From Candidatus Kuenenia stuttgartensis (GTDB lineage: Bacteria > Planctomycetota > Planctomycetia > Pirellulales > UBA1268): a stretch of DNA of 51,276 nt. The position numbers and the translations under genes are program-made. Location of the stretch: the NCBI GenBank assembly GCA_945873085.1, contig CAMCCR010000003.1, forward strand, positions 1-51,276, in the 5' to 3' direction. The notes beneath the pieces were generated by a model, which saw only the letters and a list, made by a program, of their open reading frames with translations, was not told the DNA's origin and searched no databases. How positions within the stretch are numbered: the first letter of the stretch is position 1; each line of letters begins with the position of its first letter. This document shows, one piece after another, positions 23,180 to 31,900 of the stretch.

Positions 23180-24454
23180 TCACTGCTGCGAACGCGAGGG
23201 GAGGGCAGCCGTGGGATAGGCCGCCGGACGGGGGGCGGCCGGCTGCCACGACGTGGTGTGGGCCGTCGGAGCCAGCAACCTGGGGAAGGCCCCGGTGGTC
23301 GTTCCCGGCCCGGGGCCCGGAACCGTTGGCATGCCGGGAGCCACGGCACGGGGAGCCGGAGAGGCAGGTGCGGCCGGAATCGGCACCAACCGTTGGGCGC
23401 CGGCCTGGGGAGCCTCTCCGGTGACCGGTGTGGCGACAGGGGCTTGGCCGGCGGCCGGCGCGTTCCCCGTCGCCGCAGGTGCCGTGGCACTGCTCCCGGC
23501 CGCAGCCGGAGCCGCGGTCGCAGCCGGCGCCGGGGCCGTCCCGGCCTGACCGACAGCGGGAGACTTCGGCAATTCCGGGATCGGCCGCAGCGCCGGGGTG
23601 GGGGTGAGTGTCGGAGGACTGATGGGCTGGAGCCCTGGCCCCTGCTGAAGCGTCGGTGCAAAGGAGCCACTCTGGGGAACGATCTGCGGCTGGTAGGTGG
23701 GCTGGGCGGCAGTTCCTCCCTGCTGGAGCGCCGGAGCCGAGATGCTGGTTTGACCGGGGACGATCTGCTGCGGGATATCGGCGCCGGCGGCACCCCACGC
23801 CTGCGGAGCGGTCTGCACCGGCGCGGCGAACGGGCTGGTTGCCGGGCCGGCCGGCCCGGGAGCGACGTTTGTCCCCGGGACCCACGCCGATGGGGCGGCG
23901 GCGGCTGGCGCCATCACGGGCGCCCCGACGGCCGGTTGTGTGTAAGCGGGCTGAGCGTAAGCGGGCTGGGTGTACGCCGGCTGGGCATAGCCCTGCTGGG
24001 GTTGCATCTGCACGTACTTCGTCGAGTAGACCGCCCGGTATTGGGTGACCGGCACGTTGACGGGCTGCTGGACGTAGTTCGTCACCTGCTCCATGCAATC
24101 GCGAGGGCAACCGGTGCAGGGATCGATTTCGCACGAAGGCTTGTAACTCGTCACCGGTACCGAGCGGTATTCAGTCCGATATGTCGTCTCGGGAACGTAG
24201 CTCACCTGCTGGACGGGAACGGTGACAGGGGGCGGCGGCGCGACAGGCACCGGCGCCATCATTGGGACCATGGACGGCGCCGCCACAGGGGCCACGACCG
24301 GCGCAATGGCGTAGGCCTGCGGGGCCTTGTAGAAGCAGGATTGGAACCCGGCGCACAGATTCGTGAGACAACACTGCGCCATCCCGACGCGTGGTCCTGC
24401 CACCATGAGCACTCCCGCCAGATTCAGCGTTACGATCATTCGCCGCACGTTCAT
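23180..24454 (-). CDS. Secreted Cys-, YTV-like- and Pro/Ala/Gln-rich envelope protein
   Basis: Signal-like N-terminus, Cys clusters (QCCLTNLC, CEIDPCTGCPRDC), VSYVPETTYRTEYRSVPVTSY-type repeats, long low-complexity tail. Confidence 0.7.
   Translation of the reverse strand: MNVRRMIVTLNLAGVLMVAGPRVGMAQCCLTNLCAGFQSCFYKAPQAYAIAPVVAPVAAPSMVPMMAPVPVAPPPPVTVPVQQVSYVPETTYRTEYRSVPVTSYKPSCEIDPCTGCPRDCMEQVTNYVQQPVNVPVTQYRAVYSTKYVQMQPQQGYAQPAYTQPAYAQPAYTQPAVGAPVMAPAAAAPSAWVPGTNVAPGPAGPATSPFAAPVQTAPQAWGAAGADIPQQIVPGQTSISAPALQQGGTAAQPTYQPQIVPQSGSFAPTLQQGPGLQPISPPTLTPTPALRPIPELPKSPAVGQAGTAPAPAATAAPAAAGSSATAPAATGNAPAAGQAPVATPVTGEAPQAGAQRLVPIPAAPASPAPRAVAPGMPTVPGPGPGTTTGAFPRLLAPTAHTTSWQPAAPRPAAYPTAALPSRSQQ
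23935..23998 (-). repeat. 15-bp coding repeat (QPAY[A/T], about 4 copies)
   Basis: Translation QQGYAQPAYTQPAYAQPAYTQ. Confidence 0.7.
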
Positions 24455-24726
24455 GACTCGCTCCTCGGAATCGACCCGACCCACTTCCGGCCAACCGCCC
24501 GCCGCGGAGCGCGGCCTTCGCGGCCGCGATCTCCTTCTCAATCCTGTCTAGCGTAGGTTGCCGGCAGGGGGGATTAGGGAAAGTATTTCATCCTCCGAAT
24601 CATGAATTCCCGTTGCGGTCCCGGCAGGATCGTCACGACTCGCACAGTCGGAACTTCCTGCCGCGGCGGGAAGGTTTCGGCGTCGCGCTGATCGCCAACT
24701 TCACCCGCCGTGGCGGCGAAACCGCG

Positions 24727-25371
24727 TCAACGGGGCGCTCCCGCACGGGATCGCTCGAAGCGGTCGTAGAGGAGGTCGAACGCCCTGCGCAGATCTTCCC
24801 CGGCTTCGACGATCGCCGCGTCCAGATCGGCCGGCATGATCGTCGTTCCGAACCACTCCCCATGGCCAGGGAGTTGGCTGACCAGCGCCTCGAGTAACGC
24901 CTTGCTTCCACGACAGGAAACGAGCGTGGGCAAGTCCGTCGGACCGTGGGAGGTCACCATCAATCCGATGCCGAGCCCCCGGGCCATGCACCGCACCATG
25001 GACCGGCCCACAGGTCCGAGAAGCTCCCAGCTATCGATGCAGGCCAGGCCGCCCCGGGGCGTTTGCCTCATCGACCGGAGGACGCCGAGCACGTCGCCCC
25101 GACTCCGCAGCCTGATCCTCACCACGGGCCGCGCTTCCGCAGCGACGACTTCCGACAGATGGAACAGCAGGGTCGACTTCCCTGTTCCGTGTGGACCTTC
25201 GATTGCGCCCGACCCACCGATGGTTCCGAGCCGCTCAACGATCATCGGGAGGTCGAGGACTCTCCCGCGACTGTCGCGCGGTACGAGACGGGCCGACGCA
25301 ACGTAACGGGTCGCGAACGGATTCCGACGATGGTGGAAGTGTTCGAAAAGCATGACGCAGCCTTGAGTCAT
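24727..25371 (-). CDS. Small P-loop (AAA+-like) ATPase
   Basis: NPF motif, Walker A GPHGTGKST, Walker B-like ACIDSWE, sensor-1-like VTSH, C-terminal DLRRAFDLLYD. Confidence 0.7.
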   Translation of the reverse strand: MTQGCVMLFEHFHHRRNPFATRYVASARLVPRDSRGRVLDLPMIVERLGTIGGSGAIEGPHGTGKSTLLFHLSEVVAAEARPVVRIRLRSRGDVLGVLRSMRQTPRGGLACIDSWELLGPVGRSMVRCMARGLGIGLMVTSHGPTDLPTLVSCRGSKALLEALVSQLPGHGEWFGTTIMPADLDAAIVEAGEDLRRAFDLLYDRFERSRAGAPR

Positions 25372-25375
25372 TGAC

Positions 25376-25822
25376 TCACGGCAGGATCGACGGGGGGACA
25401 CGACCGACGTTGAACACATGCTCCGAGACGTGGTCGCGCCCCAACTCGAAAAACACCCGCAGACGAATGCACCAGCGGATCTTCACGATCACCCCCTCGT
25501 AGGAGAGCGGGCTCGTCGGCAGTTGGATCGCGAACGTCCCTTCCGGCACGACACGGTCGATGGTGTCGGCCGTGGCAAATCGCTCGAAGGAATGCACCCC
25601 GAGGTCCTCTTCCCCCTTCCCTTCCGTGTACCAGAGGGCCGACCGCTCCAGCGCCCGGGGCCGCTCGCCGTTGAGACCTTCGATGCAATACTCGACCGTG
25701 ACCCACTCCCCCGGGTCGTAGCCCCGGCTCGGATGACCGAAACGGAGCTCGATCCGGGGAAACGGCTGGGCCGTACTGGCGGGAACATGGTCGTCGCCGT
25801 GCGAAGCGTCCGCGGTAGTCAT
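25376..25822 (-). CDS. Hypothetical protein, arrestin-N/SpoOM-like beta sandwich
   Basis: YDPGEWV, WYTEGKG, FAIQLPTSPLSYEGVIVKIRWCIRLRV; ATGA overlap with the upstream gene. Confidence 0.7.
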   Translation of the reverse strand: MTTADASHGDDHVPASTAQPFPRIELRFGHPSRGYDPGEWVTVEYCIEGLNGERPRALERSALWYTEGKGEEDLGVHSFERFATADTIDRVVPEGTFAIQLPTSPLSYEGVIVKIRWCIRLRVFFELGRDHVSEHVFNVGRVPPSILP

Positions 25823-26898
25823 TCCAGCGCCTCCACGGTTTCGGAGATAGCCGTCGTGACCAGCGCCTTCACCGGCAGCACGACCACGGGAAACACGCGG
25901 GTGAACTCAGGCCAGCGGTCAGGCAGGGCCCGAACCACGATTCGCCACTGGACGGCATTGTTCTCACTCGAGAAGGAGTGCATGGCATCGGCCGGGATCG
26001 TCACGGACACGCGGGCCTCGAAGCTCCCCCCCGGCACCGGTTGCACCCGCTGCCAGCGCGACACGGGAACCCTCCGCACAACGAGTCGCTGGGTTCTGGT
26101 GTCGGTACCCTGCCGGAAGGTGGCCGTCTCCTCCAATTCGAGCCCGAGATCGATCGACCTGAAAAGATGCGCACCTCCCTGCCCGAGCCGGACGTCATAC
26201 GACATGCCCGGGACGAGCGGGTGGTCGGAGATCTCGACATGCGTTGGCCCCACAGATGTGGAGAGGACGGTCGCCCTGACGAACAACACCACCCCGCCGA
26301 CGCCGACCGCGACGAACGGCACGAGCAAGCCGATCAGCAACCAATCGGTCGTCCCGCCAATGAGATCGGCCCCCACGCCGACGGCAAGCACCACGACCAC
26401 GGCGTTCCAGAGCAGCGCGAACAACCCGAACCCGACCAACGTCCAATTCTCCGGACTCTCGAGGGGAAGCCGGTACCTGAGCACGATGCCGGGCGAGTTC
26501 TCGAGGTTGTCGCACGAGGGCACCCCCGGATGCCCGGCCGCCGGGGAGGCGCCGGCAAGGCCTTGGAGGATCACCGTTCTCGACGCTGCGGCCCGATGTT
26601 CTTGCGACTTTCCCCAGGTTCGCACCACCCGAGCGAGCCCGGAGCCACCGAAGGCCAACAGCGCCACAGGAATGAGGAGCGTCAGCAGCCACATCCACCA
26701 TTCGTAGCCACGCTGGAGCACGACCGAGTCTGGATCAGCCGGCGCGTAGGATACGGCTCCGGTCACCAAGAGAAGTCCGAACACGACCCCAGCACCAAAC
26801 AGCAGCGCGTAAAAGAACCCCTCGGCGAACGATCCCCAGGCATGGGAATCGGTTCGTCGGTGGCCCCGCTTCTTCGTGAAGAACCGCGGAAATCTCAT
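25819..26898 (-). CDS. 4-TM membrane protein with C-terminal arrestin-like domain
   Basis: Two pairs of TM helices, then PLVPG...ETATFRQGTD...IPADAMHSFSSENNAVQWRIVV. Confidence 0.75.
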   Translation of the reverse strand: MRFPRFFTKKRGHRRTDSHAWGSFAEGFFYALLFGAGVVFGLLLVTGAVSYAPADPDSVVLQRGYEWWMWLLTLLIPVALLAFGGSGLARVVRTWGKSQEHRAAASRTVILQGLAGASPAAGHPGVPSCDNLENSPGIVLRYRLPLESPENWTLVGFGLFALLWNAVVVVLAVGVGADLIGGTTDWLLIGLLVPFVAVGVGGVVLFVRATVLSTSVGPTHVEISDHPLVPGMSYDVRLGQGGAHLFRSIDLGLELEETATFRQGTDTRTQRLVVRRVPVSRWQRVQPVPGGSFEARVSVTIPADAMHSFSSENNAVQWRIVVRALPDRWPEFTRVFPVVVLPVKALVTTAISETVEALE

Positions 26899-26974
26899 AG
26901 CCGGTCAACCCGTACGTGCGCCGGCCGGCGGTTCGCTCCGTCCTGCCGGATACCCCGGCCCATTCGTCCGGAGT

Positions 26975-27295
26975 TCAGTTTGGATCTTCGCTGGCAGCCC
27001 CGGACAATCCGCTCGTCCCCTGCAACGTCGCCTGGGGGGAGGATGACTGCGCCGAGCGGTAGAAGCCGATCTTCTCGAGGGCCCGATAAACCTCCTCGAG
27101 CGTCTTCTCACCGAAATTGGAAATGCCGAGGAGATCGGCTCGCTTGCACTTGAGGAGATCGTGGACGGTGAAGATGCCCTTCTCTTCAAGGCAGTTGGTC
27201 GTTCGAACCGAAAGACCGATCTCGGCCGTGCTCATGTCGAGCTTCTCCGCCATCTCGTCCGATTGCGTCAGATTTTTGTACGGAACGCGTGGCAT
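26975..27295 (-). CDS. Stand-alone RNA polymerase alpha C-terminal domain protein
   Basis: EIGLSVRTTNCLEEKGIFTVHDLL...LLGISNFGEKTLEEV aligns with alpha-CTD; no alpha-NTD; GGGAGGG upstream of ATG 27295. Confidence 0.88.
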   Translation of the reverse strand: MPRVPYKNLTQSDEMAEKLDMSTAEIGLSVRTTNCLEEKGIFTVHDLLKCKRADLLGISNFGEKTLEEVYRALEKIGFYRSAQSSSPQATLQGTSGLSGAASEDPN

Positions 27296-27645
27296 GGGTT
27301 CCCTCCCGTGCGGCGGACCGGGTTCCCGGTCCATGGGCGTCGTGTCCCGGGAATGTCCCGGGAATCGGAACCGTCTGTGACGGGGTACCATCGGGCATCC
27401 CTGCGCCGCCCTTGTGGGGCGACTCTTCATTGATCGTTCAGCACGCGTGGCGGGGGAAGGGGTTTTCCCCATCCAGCCACTGCGATGAACCAGATCCATG
27501 ATCCGATGGCACCGTCTTCCGACGGGGAAGAAATATACTCGGGATCAAGGGATTCCGACTACCTCCCGGTCGGCATCCACCTCTCTCCACCCAAACTACG
27601 CATCCCACCGGGGTTCACCGCCGCCGCGGGATCGATCAGGAACGC

Positions 27646-30036
27646 ATGCAACTCGACAACCTCAATGAGTCGCAGCGTCTGGCGGCCACACACATGGAAG
27701 GCCCGCTTCTGGTCCTCGCAGGGCCCGGCAGCGGCAAAACCCGTGTCGTCACTCACCGGATCGCCCACCTCATCTCGCAGGGCGTTCCGGCCAGGAACAT
27801 CGTCGCACTCTCCTTCACCAACAAAGCTGCCGACGAGATGCGCCGCCGCGTGACAGCACTCGTTGGTCCTCAGGCGGTGGAAATGGGAACGTTTCACCGG
27901 TTCGCGGCCCGGCTGCTCCGCACCCACGCCAGGATGGTCGGACTGACGAGCGATTATTCGATCCTCGACACCGATGACTCCGGATCAGTGATGAAGCGGG
28001 CGGCGAAGCGCCTCGGGCTGAACCTCACGCACACCCCAGTCGACCGTCTCGCGGGAATCATCAGCCGTGCCAAGAATGACCTCCGGACACCGGAGACCTT
28101 CGAGCCCGGTTGGGGACGGCCGGCCGACGAGGTCGCCGTGCGATTGTGGCCCGTCTATCAACAGATGATGCTCGAGTGCAACGCCGTCGACTTCGACGAC
28201 CTGCTCGTCCATGTGGCACGGTTGATCATCGACAACCCGGAACTCCGCAGCCAACTCGACGCCCGCCACCGCTGGATTCTCGTCGACGAATACCAGGACA
28301 CCAACGCCGCTCAGTATGCGATTCTCCGCGGCCTGTCGATCGATTATCCGAATCTCTCGGTGACGGGCGATCCCGACCAGGCGATCTATGGGTGGCGCGG
28401 GGCGAGCATCCGCAACATCCTGGAGTTCGAACGCGATTACCCCTCCGCAAGTGTTGTGAAACTCGAGCACAACTACCGCAGCACGGCCAACATCCTCGCG
28501 ACGGCCGACCGCCTCATCGCGCACAACACCCGGCGGAAGCAGAAACGCCTCCTCACCGATGCGCCTGACGGATCCCCGGTCCGCATCGTGCTCGATGCGT
28601 CAGGACACGAAGAGGCTGAACGGATCGCCGACGAAATCGCCATGTCGATCACGACGTCGGCTCGCTCCCCTCGCGATTTCGCGATCCTCTTCCGGACTAA
28701 TGCGCTCTCCCGTTCCCTCGAGGTCGCGCTTCGTTCCCGGGGCGTCCCTTATCAGCTTCTCCGCGGAGTCGAGTTCTTCAAGCGACGGGAAATCCGCGAC
28801 GTTGTCGCCTGGCTGCGGCTCCTGCGGAATCCGCGCGACGACGAAGCACTCCTCCGGGTCGTCAACGTTCCCGCACGCGGCATCGGTCGACAGTCGCTCG
28901 ATCTCCTCTCGGCGTGGGCCGCCGACCACCCCATGCCACTCCTCACCGCCTGTGGACGGGCGAAGTCGGTCCCTGGTCTGTCAGCACGGGCAGCGACGTC
29001 GATCGGTCGATTTGCCGCACTCCAGGCCTCGCTCGCCAGGGTCGCAGCGAGCGAACCGTCGGTAGCGGCGCTCCTCGAAGCAGTGCTCGAGCAGACTGGC
29101 TACCGCGCCATGCTGGCCGACGACGAGGACGAAGAGGGGGATGACCGTCTGGCGAACGTCGAGGAATTGATCACGGCGGCCAGGCAGGCCGATGCCGCGT
29201 ACGCGTCCGACCCGCAGGGACGCGAGGAAGACGAATCGCCGCTCGGCTCCTTCCTCGACACGACGGCTCTGGTGGCAGACACCGACGTCTGGGACCCTGC
29301 CGCCGACCGGGTGTCGCTGATGACGTTCCATGCCGCCAAAGGGCTCGAGTTCCCGGTCGTCTTTCTCGTGGCGATGGAGGACGGGATTCTTCCCCACCAA
29401 CGGAGCCTCGATCACCCCGATCAACTCGAGGAGGAACGGCGACTGGTGTTCGTGGGAATTACCCGCGGCATGGAACAGGTTCACGCCAGTTGTGCCCGGA
29501 TGCGCGACTACCGGGGAACCCGAAGGATCGGCTGCCCAAGCCTGTTTCTCGCCGAGATCACGGGCGCCGGAACGGAGGTGACCGGCAGCGAGGCGCCGGC
29601 AGGGAACGCACTCGGCGGACGGCGACCGGGCGCCGATGACGAATCCCAACTGCCCCCCGACTCCTGGGACGAAGATCAGGGCTGGGCAGCGCCGAGGGCC
29701 GACAGACGCCCTCCTGCGGTGAGGGATGACGGCTTGGTCATGGACCTCGATGACGAGGCCTCGCCACCGGTGCGTTCCAGGACGACCTCACGACAAGCCC
29801 GCCCAGCACCGGCGCTGGAGACAGCCGCCGATCTCGCCGAAAGGACAACCGGGCGGCAGCCCCCCACCCCCGTGATCCAAGGGCAGCGCGTGCGGCATGC
29901 CGAATACGGCGAGGGCACCGTCGCCGGCGTGAGCGGTACCGGCGTGCGGTCGGTCGCAACGGTGATCTTCGATGGCACCGCCGGGACACGACGCTTCATC
30001 CTCTCCCACGGCGCCCTCGAACCCATCGCGGACTGA
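27646..30036 (+). CDS. pcrA: ATP-dependent DNA helicase PcrA/UvrD
   Basis: AGPGSGKT, VDEYQD, GDPDQAIYGWRGA, NYRST, TFHAAKGLEF, EEERRL..VGITR, C-terminal Tudor-like GQRVRHAEYGEG. Confidence 0.93.
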   Translation: MQLDNLNESQRLAATHMEGPLLVLAGPGSGKTRVVTHRIAHLISQGVPARNIVALSFTNKAADEMRRRVTALVGPQAVEMGTFHRFAARLLRTHARMVGLTSDYSILDTDDSGSVMKRAAKRLGLNLTHTPVDRLAGIISRAKNDLRTPETFEPGWGRPADEVAVRLWPVYQQMMLECNAVDFDDLLVHVARLIIDNPELRSQLDARHRWILVDEYQDTNAAQYAILRGLSIDYPNLSVTGDPDQAIYGWRGASIRNILEFERDYPSASVVKLEHNYRSTANILATADRLIAHNTRRKQKRLLTDAPDGSPVRIVLDASGHEEAERIADEIAMSITTSARSPRDFAILFRTNALSRSLEVALRSRGVPYQLLRGVEFFKRREIRDVVAWLRLLRNPRDDEALLRVVNVPARGIGRQSLDLLSAWAADHPMPLLTACGRAKSVPGLSARAATSIGRFAALQASLARVAASEPSVAALLEAVLEQTGYRAMLADDEDEEGDDRLANVEELITAARQADAAYASDPQGREEDESPLGSFLDTTALVADTDVWDPAADRVSLMTFHAAKGLEFPVVFLVAMEDGILPHQRSLDHPDQLEEERRLVFVGITRGMEQVHASCARMRDYRGTRRIGCPSLFLAEITGAGTEVTGSEAPAGNALGGRRPGADDESQLPPDSWDEDQGWAAPRADRRPPAVRDDGLVMDLDDEASPPVRSRTTSRQARPAPALETAADLAERTTGRQPPTPVIQGQRVRHAEYGEGTVAGVSGTGVRSVATVIFDGTAGTRRFILSHGALEPIAD

Positions 30037-30053
30037 TCGTCCGGGGCCGCCGC

Positions 30054-30995
30054 TCATCCGCTCCGCTCGCGCCACCACTGGATTGTCTCCGCGAGCCCCT
30101 GATCAAAATCGCGGGTCGGGTGCCAATCGAGCAACTTCCGGGCGCGGGAGATGTCGAGGCCGCGACGGGGTTGACCATCCGGCTTCGATCGATCCCAGAC
30201 AATCCGCCCCCGATAGCCGCAGCCCTTCACCACCTTCGCCACGAGGTCACGGATCGCGATTTCTTCCCCGCCACCGAGATTGATCGGAAGCGGATCCTCG
30301 ATCCGCTCAGCCGCCCTCACCACCGCCTCCGCGGCGTCCTCGACATGGAGGAACTCCCGAGTGGCCATCCCCGATCCCCAGCAGACCATCTCGGGCATGC
30401 CGGCCCGGCGTGCCTCCTCACTCCTTCGGATCAACGCCGGAATGACATGGCTCGTGGCTGGATCGAAATCGTCGCCGGGCCCGTAGAGATTCACCGGCAC
30501 CACCACCGCCGAGCGGAGTCCGTACTGCCGCCGGTAGGCGTCGAGCATCACGAAGAGCGCCTTTTTAGCGATCCCGTAAGGGGCATTGGTGACCTCTGGG
30601 TAGCCGTTCCAGAGGTCGTCCTCCTGGAACGGAACAGCGCAGTCACGCGGATACGCGCAGACCGTGCCGGTGTGGACGAACTTCTCCACGCCGGCCCGTC
30701 GGGCGTGCTCGACGAGATGCAGCCCCATCGCCATGTTGGCGTAAAAGAAACGCCCCGGAGACGCCCGATTCGCGCCGATGCCACCGACCTCTGCAGCCAA
30801 GTGAATCACGACGTCGGGCCGGGCTGTGTCGTAGAGGCGGGCGACGGCCGATTCGACGGTGAGGTCGCAGGAGTCGCGCCGCGGCACGATCAGCTGATCA
30901 TCGGAAACACCGCGGGCGCGAAGCACACGACAGACTGCCGTCCCCAGGAATCCGGCACCACCGGTGAGAACGATCCGCTTGCTCGAAAGGTCCAT
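30054..30995 (-). CDS. fcl: GDP-L-fucose synthase
   Basis: TGGAGFLG, HLAAEVGGIGAN, CAYP, YGIAK, NLYGPGD, SHVIPALI, REFLHVED, KPDGQPRR. Confidence 0.93.
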   Translation of the reverse strand: MDLSSKRIVLTGGAGFLGTAVCRVLRARGVSDDQLIVPRRDSCDLTVESAVARLYDTARPDVVIHLAAEVGGIGANRASPGRFFYANMAMGLHLVEHARRAGVEKFVHTGTVCAYPRDCAVPFQEDDLWNGYPEVTNAPYGIAKKALFVMLDAYRRQYGLRSAVVVPVNLYGPGDDFDPATSHVIPALIRRSEEARRAGMPEMVCWGSGMATREFLHVEDAAEAVVRAAERIEDPLPINLGGGEEIAIRDLVAKVVKGCGYRGRIVWDRSKPDGQPRRGLDISRARKLLDWHPTRDFDQGLAETIQWWRERSG

Positions 30996-31077
30996 GCCTA
31001 AACCTTCGGGCCCCTCGACCACCGCTTGCCACGCTTTGTCTGCCGCCAGGAAGACGACCGCCCCGGTGGCTCCAGGA

Positions 31078-31860
31078 TCACGATGCGCCGCTTGAGGAAG
31101 GGCCAGAGGATCGTGTTCCCCGCTCAGCGGTTGTTGCCTCGGCGGGCGCCTCGTCAACGAAGATCACTCGATCGAACTCGGGGATCAGATCGGAGAGGAA
31201 CTGGAGGCCGGTTCGACTCCCCTCGCCACGCGGCATGGCCGTCTCGTCGATGATCGCGTAGATCTTGAACACTGAGGGGCTGTTGGCAAGTTCGATCCGG
31301 GCGATCTGGGGCGCGATCCACTTGCCAGTCACGGCGTAGGTCCAAAAAATACGCAGGCTTTCCCCCGGCTTCTTGAAGGAGCCCGAGAACGCCTCGGCCG
31401 TGGCGCCATCCTCGAGCGTGATCGTCTCCCGGTGTTCCTGTTCGGCGATCTCAAAGCCAGCGCTCGGATAACAGCGGTCCGGGGTGTGGCCTGAGGCATC
31501 GCTCGGAGTGGCGCAGACCACGAACACACCAACCCGGGCGCCGCTGTCAACGTTTTGATACTCGCGCGAGATGTGCCCAACCGCCCCGGCGACCTTGAGC
31601 TGTGCTGGGTCGGCATCAGTCTCGCCCACCATCCTCCACGGACCGAATTCCTTCGGAAACGACGCCTCCAGCCGCGTGGCATTCCGCTGGAGTTCCTCAC
31701 TGACGTTCTTTCCGGTCCAACGCCCCGTCAACACCCCCTGGGCAACCGTCACCCCAACCACGGCCACCAAGCCGAGGATCACCGGCGCCCACGTGGATAC
31801 GGTGGAGGCAGTGGATACGGTGGAGGCAGTGGATACGGTGGAGGCAGCGGTCGATTTCAT
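31078..31860 (-). CDS. Exosortase-associated EpsI-family protein
   Basis: N-terminal TM, FPKEFGPW, HTPDRCYPSAGF (EpsI HxPxxCY motif); downstream of an exosortase. Confidence 0.8.
   Translation of the reverse strand: MKSTAASTVSTASTVSTASTVSTWAPVILGLVAVVGVTVAQGVLTGRWTGKNVSEELQRNATRLEASFPKEFGPWRMVGETDADPAQLKVAGAVGHISREYQNVDSGARVGVFVVCATPSDASGHTPDRCYPSAGFEIAEQEHRETITLEDGATAEAFSGSFKKPGESLRIFWTYAVTGKWIAPQIARIELANSPSVFKIYAIIDETAMPRGEGSRTGLQFLSDLIPEFDRVIFVDEAPAEATTAERGTRSSGPSSSGAS
31793..31846. repeat. Perfect 18-bp tandem repeat x3 (in-frame VNTR)
   Basis: GTGGATACGGTGGAGGCA three times exactly; encodes (ASTVST)3 at the EpsI N-terminus. Confidence 0.95.
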
Positions 31861-31900
31861 CTGTTCTGCAATCCTGCTGGGTCAAACGATCGGCGGACGA

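Noticed and set aside
23161-23793. Apparent 210-aa Arg/Pro-rich N-terminal extension of PolX
   Set aside because: It is an alternate frame of the upstream Pro/Ala-rich gene; PolX homology begins at VTNADVA (23160).
22700-24556. 618-aa plus-strand ORF
   Set aside because: Antisense to polX and the YTV-like gene; Arg/Gly-rich with no domain signal.
26975-27295. Calling this gene rpoA
   Set aside because: No N-terminal assembly domain and not in the rpsM-rpsK-rpoA-rplQ context.
31793-31846. Possible CRISPR array (also considered for 4053-4098 and 50254-50319)
   Set aside because: Repeats are contiguous or too short, lack unique spacers, and no cas genes are present.
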